A DNA stretch of 64,000 nucleotides from Eledone cirrhosa (lineage: Eukaryota), in NCBI GenBank assembly GCA_964016885.1, contig OZ024740.1:32550001-32614000 (forward strand). Direction: 5' to 3'. A program made the position numbers and the translations under genes. This document shows positions 51,001 to 63,600 of this stretch, piece after piece; positions within the stretch are counted from its first letter, which is position 1, and every line of letters begins with the position of its first letter. A model generated the notes under the pieces. The model had not been told where the DNA came from and searched no databases. It worked only from the letters and a program-made list of their open reading frames with translations.

Positions 51001-51218
51001 GAAACAGTTCTGTATGAGCAAGATATGGTCATCTAATCTGACTTGTCTCACAACAGGACAACTTGTCTAACCCATGCTAGCATGGAAATTGGATGTTAAA
51101 TGATGATGATGATGGTGAAGATGAAATAATTGTTTTAGTAAAAACAAAAATCACTCTAAATATTAGCTTTGGCTAGTAGTAATCCGTAGTGAACACGTTA
51201 AATGGTTATGATGATGAT
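51001..51218 (+). other. Copy of 13482-13692 (retroelement tail, unique intron flank and 30 bp of AIFM3 exon 4)
   Basis: 51115-51196 aligns without gaps to unique sequence 13611-13692. Confidence 0.9.
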
Positions 51219-52756
51219 AGTCTAGATAGAAAGAAGAAAAGGAGAGAATGTGTGTGTGACTGAGTTATATAAATGTGAATGTGAATGTGAATGTATGTGT
51301 ATATGAATGACAATGACAATGTAACAATGACACGTCATATCTGTATACTTCAATTTCTTTTGTAATTGTTGTTATTGAGTATCTAAAGTTAACTGAGATC
51401 AGACAGTTGACATATGGATAATAGTGGTTGACACCAGTCACTGTTGAGACCTCAGGCATACTGTCGAGCTCCTCCATAAGATCAGAACGTCGGTGGCCCA
51501 TCCAAGGAAGGAGCCCCGCGATTGGGCTGGCTGTTGCAGTGGGTGTCACTGGCCATTGTCCGCGGGAATGCTTTTGCAGTCTTGTCTGCAGGACGCAGCC
51601 CCATTACCGCCACACCCTAGGCCCAGAGCCCAATCACTGTCCTCCTCCTCCTCATTCTTCTGTGACACTAGAGTCCTTGCCATTCCCTCCCTTTTCCATT
51701 TCTTTGTTTTTTTCTTTATATTTTTTCTATTTTACATTCCATTCTTTCTTCTCAATCTAAATTTTCTTTTTTTCTTCTATTAAACTGTATTTACATGATA
51801 TATTCCATAAATAAATAATTCATAGTTTCCAGCTCAAGACAAATCAACACAGCCAATACCGTTAAAACAATTTACTATTTGTCACAAAACATAGCTACAT
51901 GTTCAGGATAATGTCCAAAACGAATATCTTAAGATGCTTATAAAAGCTTATAAAGCAGTTAATGTATAATTAAAAAGCTGGTGTATTTGTGGTTTCAGAC
52001 AAAATAATTGTACAGCTAACCTCCTCTGTATAATCTGAATGAGATCAGCCCGTCTGAGGAAGAAGCCCCATGAAGTGGTGTGGTTGTTGCAGTAGGTATC
52101 ACTGGCCATTGTTTGAGGAAATGCCTTTGCCATTTTGTCCATGGCGTGCAGCCGAAACTCCACTCTGACCTAGGTGTAGCATCTTTCACCCTCTCCTCTT
52201 CCCCTTTTCTTTCTTCCATTGCTTAATAGTCCTTGCCCTTTCCCTCATTTTCCTCTCATTTATGGCATTTATAGTCCTTTTTTATACTGCTTTCTTTTTC
52301 TGTATGTTTGACTAAAAATTTTAAATCTATTTATGTATCAAATAAATATTTACCCCCCCCCCCCTATATTAACTGAAAACTAAGTACACTCCCACCAAAA
52401 ATAGACAAATATATAATTTACTGTGAATATACTGAAAATAGAAGAGGCAGCTAACCAAGTTGATATTGTGTTGGGTTATTGTCTGAAAAGGTAAAAGTTC
52501 CTAATTCACAATTAGTGGCATAGCTAGAGTTTGTGCCGCATGATGTGTTCCAAAAAATACAATGCCATATACATCAAATGTGCTGCCGTCAAAAAGTGGA
52601 TATCTCTTCCAAACTACATAACAGCTTACCACCAGTCTTATATCATATCCTTCATAAAGATACTTAACTCTTAAGATTCCTGCCCACATCTTCTGAATAA
52701 ATAGCAGTAGAAGCATTGTAAAATAAGCATGAGCACCAGATCTATGGTTTGCAGCA

Positions 52757-53296
52757 TAGAGTTGTGACCCTTTACGTTCTGAGTTCAAATCTCGCCGAGG
52801 TTAGCTTTGCTTTTCATCCTTACGGGGTCGATAAAATAAAGTACCAGTAATACACTGGGATAATTGCTGGCCTTGTGCCAAAAGTAGAAACATTAATAAT
52901 TGTTTCTACTTTTGGCACAAGGCCAGCAATTACCCAGTGTATTACTGGTACTTTATTTTATCGACCCCGTAAGGATGAAAGGCAAAGTTAACCTCGGCGG
53001 GATTTGAACTCAGATCATAAAGGGACGTAACTCTATGCTTCAAAGCATGGTGTCCGACTCTCTACCGATACTGCCATAATAATATTATTAGAGTAACACT
53101 CTGAAGGTGGTGAATTGGCAGTATCGGTAGAGGGTTGGACGCCATGCTTTCTAGCATAGTTACATCCCTTTACGGTCTGAGTTCAAATCCCGCAAAGGTT
53201 AACTTTGCCTTTCATCCTTACAGGGTTGATAAAATAAAGTACCAGTAATGCACTGGGTAATTGCTGGCCTTGTGCCTAAAGTAGAAACAATTATTA
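52757..53296. mobile_element. Three SINEs in alternating orientation (+, -, +)
   Basis: Tail-to-tail junction AGTAGAAACATTAATAATTGTTTCTACT at ~52895; head-to-head junction at ~53075-53107. Confidence 0.9.
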
Positions 53297-54382
53297 GAGT
53301 AGCACTGCCAATCTGATTTTTCTTGGTTTCTGAAGTGAATAATGTTGAGAGCCCCTCTCCTACTTCAGTGATGGCAAACAAAGAAAGCTTTATCATGCTC
53401 AGTTTCAGAGGTTAATAATGCTGAATTTCCACCTCATAAGAGTAGTACTCCATCTATTTGTGACGTTGAGGATTAGATGGAAGCCAGAGAAAGACGGCAG
53501 ACTGTTACAACAGAATCTTTTTAAAAAAGAAACAAATAAAATACCCAACAGTCAAAACATTCTAAATGACAGGTGAAGCAATATCTTCAGAACTAGCAAC
53601 ACTGACCTGCTTAGTTTCCAGTATAGATTGGAGGAGGCAAACCCTTGCAATATATTGATACAAGACTTACTTTTACAACAACAAAAAATGAAGTACCTTT
53701 GTTCAGAAGATGTAGGTTCTTTTATTGATGAACCCATAGCAAAAATGCTTCTGGGAGATTTTGGTGATCCCTAGGAAGTATTATATAATGCATGGTAGGC
53801 AAGCAGAAATGTGATGTGATCTGACCTAAATTAATTAGTTAGTTCCCACCACTGTTTGGCTAAATGTCTTTTTTATGTTTTATATTATATGTTGTGTTAA
53901 TTATTGTGTATTTTCTAATTATTTTATACTATTTCATGTTTTATCAATTTTAATCTATCTATTGTATAACATCCTTGCTTCTACTTTCGTTTTTATATAA
54001 CTTTGCCTGTCCAGCCCCACATGTATTGTAACCCTTATGCTTTTAATGTTTCATCCTTTCACGGGTCAATAGAATAAAGTACTAGTTATGTATTAGGGGT
54101 TTATGTAATCAACCACCTCTCCCCACAAATTGTTGCCCTTCTGCCTAAATTAGAAACAATTATTAGTGTCAAGTACCGGGGGTCACTTTGCTACTGCATT
54201 TAATTAGGGCTCTTTATATTTGGAGTTCAAATTACACTGAGATCAACTTTGTTTTTCTTCCTTTCGGGGTTGATAAAATAAAGAACCAGTCTATATAACC
54301 GACTTTCTCTTCCCCATAAAATTGCTGGCTTTGTGCCTAAATAAAAAACTCCTTATTATTATAGGAAGTCGTGGTGGTAGTG

Positions 54383-54419
<37 letters not shown>

Positions 54420-54859
54420 CAGTAGCAGCAGCAGTGGAAGTAGTAGTAGTAGTAGTAGTAAAATGAAAAGTTTAAATTATTTATGACAAGACACATTTCT
54501 CTGATAGGTTTGTCTGATTCCTCCAAGTCAATCTCCATAAATTTTCTGTTTGAATCATATTGTCATAAATCTCTTTAATTGCAATTATTTGCCATAGTTT
54601 TACCTTTTTGATTAATAACAACACCCTGCCATAAATTTTTTCAAAAGGATTACAGCATATGGCCATAAATCTTTTTTTTTACATGCAAGTGTTTTAGATT
54701 GTTAGATAAAAGTTTACTACCTTAGTTTCAAATAAATTTATTGCCATTGCTCACAATCCAGTATAATTTGGTGACATGTACCCTGCATTTGCTAAGAGTT
54801 TTAGGTGCCCATGCAAGCAAACATAGACATCCTTTCAACCCCTCTCCCTTGATCTAATG

Positions 54860-55401
54860 CAGTGATTCCCAACATGGGGTGCATGGCCCCCAAGGAGGAG
54901 CAATTTAAATATTTAACCCTTTAGCATTTAAACTGGCTGTATCTGCCCAGAATTCTCTCACCTCTTTCTGTTCAAACCGGCTGTAACCGGCCATTCATAA
55001 TGATGTTAAGGTACTGTTTTCAAAATAAATAATATCAATATCTCATAGATTCGATATGTGAGATAAAGCCTTTACCATGAAAATATAATAGTAAATAGAG
55101 AGTAATTTAAATGCTAAAAGGTTAAGGGGGGCAATTTGAAAATGAAGTTAATGGAAACAAACTTCAGGTTTTATCTTATTACTTTTACACCAAGGCAACT
55201 TTGCTACACATTACAGTCAGCAATTCTTGTTTTACCTCCTCCACATATGTTATTGTGCATCAGATACCACCCATATGCCAATTTATTTACACTTTGCAGT
55301 CGATCATCGTTGTTTTCATATCAAAGTAGCGGGGGAGGAGAGTATAACAATTTTTTAGATGCTGAAGTGGAGTATGGTGCGCAAAAAGTCGGGAACCATT
55401 G
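54860..55401. mobile_element. hAT (Charlie/Buster-type) MITE with a nested piggyBac MITE at 54917-55121
   Basis: TIRs CAGTGATTCCCAAC/GTCGGGAACCATTG; flanks ATCTAATG and ATCTAGGT; inner element TTAA|CCCTTTAGCATTTA...TAAATGCTAAAAGG|TTAA. Confidence 0.78.
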
Positions 55402-56059
55402 ATCTAGGTCACAACCCATTTAGGCCAAATGTCCCCTTTTGTCCCTCAAAATCACGAAACACCCCCCCTACCCTATTTTTCCATTTTTCAATATACTACT
55501 GATTTTGATATCAGTCGATTACTAAAAAATTGGTTAACAATATTCCAAAGATACCATTGCAGGCAGCTGAGAGTATAAATACATTCCTTGAAAGGAAATA
55601 TATAAATTTCAAAAAAGGAACATAAATGTTCTTTTTTATGAATAAGGATCAGTTGAATTTGTTATATTCCCACCAGGCGATACCAGCTATTTTGAACATT
55701 TATACAAGAGCAACTCTGTCTATCCAAAGAGTGCTCTTATCTGGAAGAAAGTGGCAATTATATCATTTCAAAGCTTTCCAATTTTCCCTTTAATGAAACG
55801 GACAGAATAAATGTTGATATCTAACTTGATGTCCCCTCCGCTTTGTGAGCTTAGAGACCATGGAAGAGGGTTTTCATGACCACGTAAGAGGGTATATTTA
55901 TTAGTAAGTGGTAAAAGATATACAACAAATGAGTAAGTGAATTTGTAGTAGATGGTTTCCAGTCCAGTCAGACTGCAACTACAAATAAAAAAATTGTTAG
56001 TTTGCTTTGTAACAATAGCATATCCAAGTTTTCAGATAAATCAAATTACTTTAACCTCA

Positions 56060-57000
56060 TTTCAATGGGACCCTTGAGCTTCATGGAGTCTAGCTAACTC
56101 TTTGACGTGAGGCTGAATTTTCGTAAGATGTAGCCGGAGATCTCCATGTGTAATTACATTGTAGCGGTTGCGAGACTTACTGTGCAGTCTGGAAACAGCA
56201 CCAAACCTCCTCTCGACTAAGTATGAGCTTGGAAAACGCAGAGCAAATCTCTTAGCCTCTGCATGTAGGAGTGGAAATCGACGCTAAATTCCTCTTGCAT
56301 CCAAAAAAGGGGTTCACCTATTTGGGGAAATCTAATTTTGATCATATCATCTGCTTGAAGTTCAATGAATTCTTCCTGAAATTTAACGTCCAAATTGTCG
56401 ACGTTAGCTATGAAGGGATCTGCTATCCACATTGGGATGTCCATCGGCAAAAGGTCGACAAACTGTTCTCTCATGTTGTCTTGTAGCGCACGGAGGTGAG
56501 CGGTATAAATTTGGAGTTGGTCATCGCTTACATTGTTTTGAACATTGGCGACACTAGGAAAATTATAGAATTCCCGTCAACAAAGATTCCTTTCAATGAC
56601 ATTCAATTTGGTCAGGAATGTTTTCACAGCATTCCTTGCTTTAAGTATGGTGATCTTCTTCCCCTGCAAAGCCATAATGACACTATTGCATTTGTCGAAG
56701 ATGTCGGCGAGGGTTTTCTTGTACAGTTCTGTGTTGCATCCTCGCAGAAACTCAATGATAGAGTCGAACAGTTCAAATAAGTGAGTAAGGCACTTGCCCT
56801 TTGAAAGCCACCTCACTTCATTATGAAGGAGCAACTTGACGAATTCTTCGTCATTATCTTGGCACAGTTGCCGGAAAATTCGTTCATTGAGGGAATGGCG
56901 TTTGATAAAATTGATGACATCAATGGCCACCTGCAAGGACTTGCTCAGCGGCTCGCTGAATTTCTTCGCGGTCAAGTGGTCGATGAATGACAATGAACAA
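56060..57000 (-). mobile_element. Decayed hAT transposase (Buster/Charlie, ZBED8/SCAND3-like) C-terminal half
   Basis: RIFRQLC...LLLHNEVRWLSKGKCL...LQGK; F.SSYLVERRFGAV...KSRNR...GDLRL; frameshifted. Confidence 0.9.
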
Positions 57001-57105
57001 CAAATACAGATAGATTTTCTCTCTTCAGAAGAGTGACAAAACCCTTATGTTGGCCGACCATTGCTCTTGCGTCGTCTGTAGCACATGATACAATGTGTGT
57101 TGTAT

Positions 57106-57605
57106 TTGGTCCTAGATGTATGTATTACCTGCCTGTGTGTTGTATGTAATCCTAGATGTATGCTTATGTATTGCATGTGGTCCCAGCTGTATGTATTACC
57201 TGCTTGTGTGTTGTATGTGGTCCTATATGTGTGTATTACCTCCTTATGTGTTGTATGTGGTCCTAGATGTATGTATTACCTGATTATGTGTTGTATGTGG
57301 TCCTATATGTATTACCTGATTATGTGTTGTATGTGGTCCTATATGTTTGTATTACCTGATTATGTGTTGTATGTAGTCCTAGATGAGTGTATTACCTGCT
57401 TATGTGTTCTATGTGATCCTAGATGTATGTATTACCTGCTTGTGTATTGTAAGTGGTCCTAGATGTATGTATTACCTGCTTGTGTGTTGTATGTGGTCCT
57501 AGATCTATGTAGTACCTGCTTGTGTGTTGTATGTGGTCCTAGATGTGTGTATTACCTGCTTATGTGTTGTATGTGGTCCTAGATGTATGTGCTACCCGCT
57601 TCTGT
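57106..57605. repeat. Diverged ~40-bp minisatellite, ~12 copies
   Basis: TGTGTTGTATGTGGTCCTAGATGTATGTATTACCTGCTTA repeated. Confidence 0.9.
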
Positions 57606-58246
57606 GTTTTTCTTTTCTTTTTTTTATTTGTAATATTATTTATACAATAGGGAATAAAATAGATCTACATAGTGTTAACTCGTTACGGTTGAGTCAATAA
57701 TTTCAGACATGAAATACATCGTTATCGGTGAAGGAAAGACAAGATTCTAACTGGCTGCGCTCAAAGTCTCCTTGACTCAGTTGACTGAGTTTTTCCATTT
57801 TTAGATCTCAATTGCCGGTTAATGTCTAGACACACCTGCACACAGCTGCAGTTAGACCATAGTTATGCTGTCTGCATGCTCATTCAAATGCATTCACACT
57901 GGCGGTCTCAGAGACATACAAACATGGCTTATAAAACTTACCAAAGTAAAGAGCCTTCCAGTGCCCCCCTCTAACGCCCCCTTGCTCCAAAACGCCCCCC
58001 CCCCCTGGAGTTCTGAAATACCCCCCGAAGGTGCATATACCCCCCCCCCCATTGAGAACCTTTGATCTAGGGGAACATCTGGAAGGAGAGAGAGAGAGTA
58101 GCACCAACATTAGCAGCTTCTTTCTATATCAACCCTGAAATACCTTGGCAGAATTTAAACTAGGAACACAGAGACCTGGAACAAATATCCAACACCTGAA
58201 CAAATCTACCCAATCAGCTAACTTACCTCCATATATTGCTGTTTAA

Positions 58247-58639
58247 CCCTTTAGCATTTAGACTGGCTGTATCTGGCCAAGATTCTCTCACCTCTTTCTG
58301 TTCAAACCGGCTGTAACCATCTGCTCATACTTATGTTAAGTTATTGTTCTCAAAATAAATAATATCAAAATCTCATAGATTTGATATTATGTGAGATAAT
58401 TATGTGAAATAAATCCTTTAACGTGAAAATATAGAGTATTGTAAATGCTAAAGGATTAACTCTTTAGCATTTACATTACTCTATAAATACTATATATAAT
58501 ATCGAATCTATGAGATTTTAATATTATTTATTTTGAGAACAATACCTTAACATAAGTATGAGTGGCCAGTTATGGCCGGTTTGAACAGAAAGAGGTGAGA
58601 GAATTCTGGCCAGATACGGCCAGTCTAAATGCTAAAGGG
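58247..58639. mobile_element. Inverted dimer of the piggyBac-type MITE sharing one central TTAA
   Basis: TTAA|58247-58455|TTAA|58460-58639 (reverse orientation)|TTAA. Confidence 0.88.
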
Positions 58640-58819
58640 TTAATTATATTTAACAAATGTAGATCAAACAGTTTGATAGAGTTTGGTGCTATATCTTTCT
58701 GATTGATCATATTTTAGTAAATAATTCATCAAAACACAACTTAAATCGCGAATGTTTTGGCAAATCATCATCATTGTAACAAATTGAAGATGACAAAAAT
58801 TTTAAAGAAATTGTATTTC

Positions 58820-59112
58820 AGTGTGATGTTGATGAGAATAATGATGGTGGTGGTGGTGAATATGGAGGTAATGGTGGTGATGATGGCAATGGAGGCGGTT
58901 GTGGTGATGATGGGGGTGGTGGTGGTTGTAGTGATGGTGGTGAAGGGGGTTGTAGTGATGGTCATGATGATGGTAATGGTGGTAGTGGTTATAATGATGG
59001 TGGTGGTGATGGTGGCTGTAATGATGGTGATGATGATGGTGGTGATGATGGCGGTGGTTGTAATGATGTCGATGAGGATGATGATGATGGTGGTTGTGGT
59101 TGTAGCGGTGGA
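58820..59112. repeat. Degenerate (GTG/ATG)n trinucleotide tract
   Basis: Low-complexity run read directly. Confidence 0.9.
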
Positions 59113-59199
59113 GGAGAGGAAAAAAAATCAATTATTGTTTGAATGTTTACTGCAGTTTGTGAGTAGACATCTTCAGCAACTTAAATATTTCCACTTACC

Positions 59200-59522
59200 C
59201 AATTGCACCTCTCACCTCTCAAAGGTGATGACACATGACCGTGACCTCTGGCGTCACACAGTAATACAGAAGACCGACCCCCCCACGGGGACAAGCTGAA
59301 GCATATAGACAATATGCCTCCACCTCCTCTCACTGCAAAGTGGTCGTGGAGGTGCCACGGCAAAAAAACACCTAGCCCACACTGTAAATGAGGTTTGTGT
59401 TAGGAAGGGAATCCTCCCGTAGAGCAAGACAAGGTCAGCTGACCGGACACTGCCCACAACAGGACAACCCGTCTAACCCATGCTAGCGTGGAAGAATGGA
59501 CGTAAAACGGTGATGATGATGA
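59200..59522 (+). mobile_element. RTE 3' end fragment
   Basis: HLSKVMTHDRDLWRHTV matches HLSKTMSLDRDLWRYSV at 34560; (GAT)n tail. Confidence 0.8.
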
Positions 59523-60695
59523 TTATCCAACAAGTTTATCGATGGAAAAATCAACTTCTGTCTTTTAAAGCCATATGTATTTCCTTACACATGTTTCAAG
59601 GGAGTTATACATCCAATTATTTGAAATGTTATGAAACATTTCACATAATCCATATCTGTATACAGGCATTGATATATGGTCATAATTGTACATTCCTTCT
59701 CTTCAGAAGAGTGATAGAAAGTTTCAAAATGAGGGAGAATGTGTGCGAAGTACCAATTTTACCTTAGGCAGGAGTGATGAAGCTACAATATGATTTATTT
59801 GTACTGTGTAGAAAACTGTTAAATTTTTAATATTTACACAAACATATATATATAATTATCATCATCATTGTTTAATGTCCCCTTTCCTTGTTTTCTGTTT
59901 TACCTGTCTGTCTGTCTAAGTGTCCACATGTCTGTCTGTATGTCTGTCTAATGTGGTATATAACACTCTCACCCAAACTGCATGTCTCTATCAATTAGTT
60001 ATGTGTGACAGTAGCAATGTTGTGGGTACATTATTAGAGTCAGTCAAGTACATGAGATGAAAGGTATCATATATCTGGCAAGCTGAGAGAAAATTGTTTC
60101 CATATGCCAACAGGTTCTGAATTTTTCAGCATGACCAATAACCTAAAGCAGGAACACTCAGGGAATTCATCTAAAGCAAGAACATCCAAGAACTGTAGTG
60201 CCCAGCATATCCTCCTTGGATTTAAATTCAATAGAAAATTTATGGAAATAGGTCAAGATGTGTACTCAGTAAAGGAGATCTAGGATATTGAGTGAATTAT
60301 ATGATAGTGGACACTGTCAATAATGGTGGAAGTAGCATTGAATGTATTGAATTTTTGGAAAAGCCAGGACCTTGTGATTGGAAAGCAAACTTCTTATTGT
60401 AACAATGTGACTAAGATAGGAAATACATAAGGTGTATGTGTGTGATTCTTTGCATATGAACATTTTAAACAGTTACAGATGGAGATATATGTATATATAC
60501 AAACACACATAGCATATTATTATAGTTGATATAGCCAAAGAATTGGAATGGACCTCTGTCAGTTTTAAAGATGAGTGTTTTAGTTGTTCGATCAATGGAA
60601 CAGTCTGCACATTAAGTTAACATATAAGTGACTGAGCATTCTTCAGACGTGTGTACCCATAATGTAATTTACTGAGATATTCAGTGGGAAACAGT

Positions 60696-63600
60696 ATGTG
60701 ACAAGGCTGGCCTTTTGAATTACAGGTATAGTCTATCAATAGTGTGACAAGGCTGGCCTTTGAATTACCGGTACAGTCTATCAATAGTGTGACAAGGCTG
60801 GCCTTTGAATTACAGGTACAGTCGTCTACCAATAGTGAGACAAGGGTGGCATCTTGAATTACAGGTACAGTCTATCAATAGTGTGACAAGGCTGGCCTTT
60901 GGAATTACAGGTACAGTCTATCAATAGTGTGACAAGGCTGGCCTTTTGAATTACAGGTACAGTCTATCAATAGTGTGACAAGGCTGGCCTTTGGAATTAC
61001 AGGTACAGTCTATCAATAATATGACAAAGCTGGCCTTTGAATTACAGGTACAGTCTATCAATAGTGTGACAAGGCTGACCTTTCAATTACAGGTGCAGTC
61101 TATCAATAGTGTGTCACAGCTTGCCTTTGAATTACAGGTACAGTCTATTAATAGTGTGACAAGGCAGGCCTTTTGAATTACAGGTACAGTCTATCAATAG
61201 TATGACAAGGCTGGCCTTTGAATTACGGGTACAGTCTATCAATAGTGTGACACAGCTGGCCTTTGAATTACAGGTACAGTCTATCAATAGTGTGACAAGG
61301 CTGGCCTTTGAATTACAGGTACAGTCTATCAATAATGGGACAAGGCTGGCTTTGAATTACAGGTACAGTCTATCAATAGTGTGACAAGGCTGGCCTTTGA
61401 ATTACAGGTACAGTCTATCAATAGTGTGACAAGGCTGGCCTTTGAATTACAGGTACAGTCTATCAATAGTGTGACAAGGCTGGCCTTTGAATTACAGGTA
61501 CAGTCTATCAATAGTGTGACAAGGCTGGCCTTTGAATTACAGGTACAGTCTATCAATAGTGTGACAAGGCTGGCCTTTGAATTACAGGTACAGTCTATCA
61601 ATAGTGTGACAAGGCTGGCCTTTGAATTACAGGTACAGTCTATCAATAGTGTGACAAGGCTGGCCTTTGAATTACAGGTACAGTCTATCAATAGTGTGAC
61701 AAGGCTGGCCTTTGAATTACAGGTACAGTCTATCAATAGTGTGACAAGGCAGGCCTTTTGAATTACAGGTACAGTCTATCAATAGTGTGACAAGGCTGGC
61801 CTTTGAATTACAGGTACAGTCTATCAATAGTGTGACAAGGCAGGCCTTTTGAATTACAGGTACAGTCTATCAATAGTGTGACAAGGCTGGCCTTTGAATT
61901 ACAGGTACAGTCTATCAATAGTGTGACAAGGCTGGCCTTTGAATTACAGGTACAGTCTATCAATAGTGTGACAAGGCAGGCCTTTTGAATTACAGGTACA
62001 GTCTATCAATAGTGTGACAAGGCTGGCCTTTGAATTACAGGTACAGTCTATCAATAGTGTGACAAGGCTGGCCTTTTGAATTACAGGTACAGTCTATCAA
62101 TAGTGTGACAAGGCTGGACTTTGAATTACAGGTACAGTCTATCAATAATGGGACAAGGCTGGCTTTGAATTACAGGTACAGTCTATCAATAGTGTGACAA
62201 GGCTGGCCTTTGATTTACAGGTACAGTCTACCAATAGTGTGACAAGGCTGGCCTTTGAATTACAGGTACAGTCTATCAATAGTGTGACAAGGCTGGCCTT
62301 TGAATTACAGGTACAGTCTATCAATAGTGTGACAAGGCTGGCCTTTGAATTACGGGTACAGTCTATCAATAGTGTGACAAGGCTGGCCTTTGAATTACAG
62401 GTACAGTCTATCAATAGTGTGACAAGGCTGGCCTTTGAATTACAGGTACAGTCTATCTATAGTGTGACAAGGCTGGCCTTTTACTTACAGGTACAGTCTA
62501 TCAATAGTGTGACAAGGCTGGCCTTTGAATTACAGGTACAGTCTATCAATAGTGTGACAAGGCAGGCCTTTTGAATTACAGGTACAGTCTATCAATAGTG
62601 TGACAAGGCTGGCCTTTGAATTACGGGTACAGTGTATCAATAGTGTGACAAGGCCGGCCTTTGAATTACAGGTACAGTCTATCAATAGTTGTGACAAGGC
62701 TGGCCTTTGAATTACAGGTACAGTCTATCAATAGTGTGACAAGGCTGGCCTTTTGAATTACAGGTACAGTCTATAAATAGTGTGACAAGGCTGGCCTTTG
62801 AATTACAGGTACAGTCTATCAATAGTGTGACAAGGCTGGCCTTTGAATTACAGGTACAGTTATTAGTAGTCTGACAAGGCTGGCCTTTCGAATTACAGGT
62901 ACAGACTATCAATAGTGTGACAAGGTTGGCCTTTGAATTACAGGTACAGTCTATCAATAGTGTGACAAGGGTGGCCTTTGAATTACAGGTTCAGTCTATC
63001 AATAGTATGAAAAGGCTGGCCTTTTGAATTAGAGGCACAGTCTATCAATAGTGTGACAAGGCAGGCCTTTTGAATTACAGGTACAGTCTATCAATAGTAT
63101 GACAAGGCTGGCCTTTGAATTGCCGGTACAGTCTATCAATAGTGTGACAAGGCTGGGCTTTTGAATTACAGGTACAGTCTATTAATAGTGTGAAAAGGCT
63201 GGCCTTTTGAATTACAGGTACAGTCTATCAATAATGTGACAAGGCTGGCTTTGAATTACAGGTACAGTCTATCAATAGTGTGACAATGCTGGCCTTTGAA
63301 TTGCCGGTACAGTCTATCAATAGTGTGACAAGGCAGGCCTTTTCAATTACAGGTACAGTCTATCAATAGTGTGACAAGGCTGGCCTTTTGAATTACAGGT
63401 ATAGTCTATCAATAATATGACAAAGCTGGCCTTTTCAATTACAGGTACAGTCTATCAATAGTGTGTCACAGCTTGCCTTTGAATTACAGGTACAGTCTAT
63501 TAATAGTGTGACAAGGCTGGCCTTTGAATTAGAGGTACAGTCTATCAATAGTGTGACAAGGCTGGCCTTTTGAATTACAGGTACAGTCTTTTAATAGTGT

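Noticed and set aside
51430-52160. Two GC-richer patches with PVTVETSG...LAVAV
   Set aside because: Probably 3' remnants of another RLE-type retroelement, but too decayed to call.
58757-59299. Met/Val-rich 180-aa ORF and His-rich antisense ORF
   Set aside because: A trinucleotide tract running into an RTE fragment.
52629-59810. Other minus-strand donor-like sites (near 52630, 58226 and 59762) as upstream AIFM3 exons
   Set aside because: Wrong phase or no open frame; they could be UTR exons but cannot be supported without RNA data.
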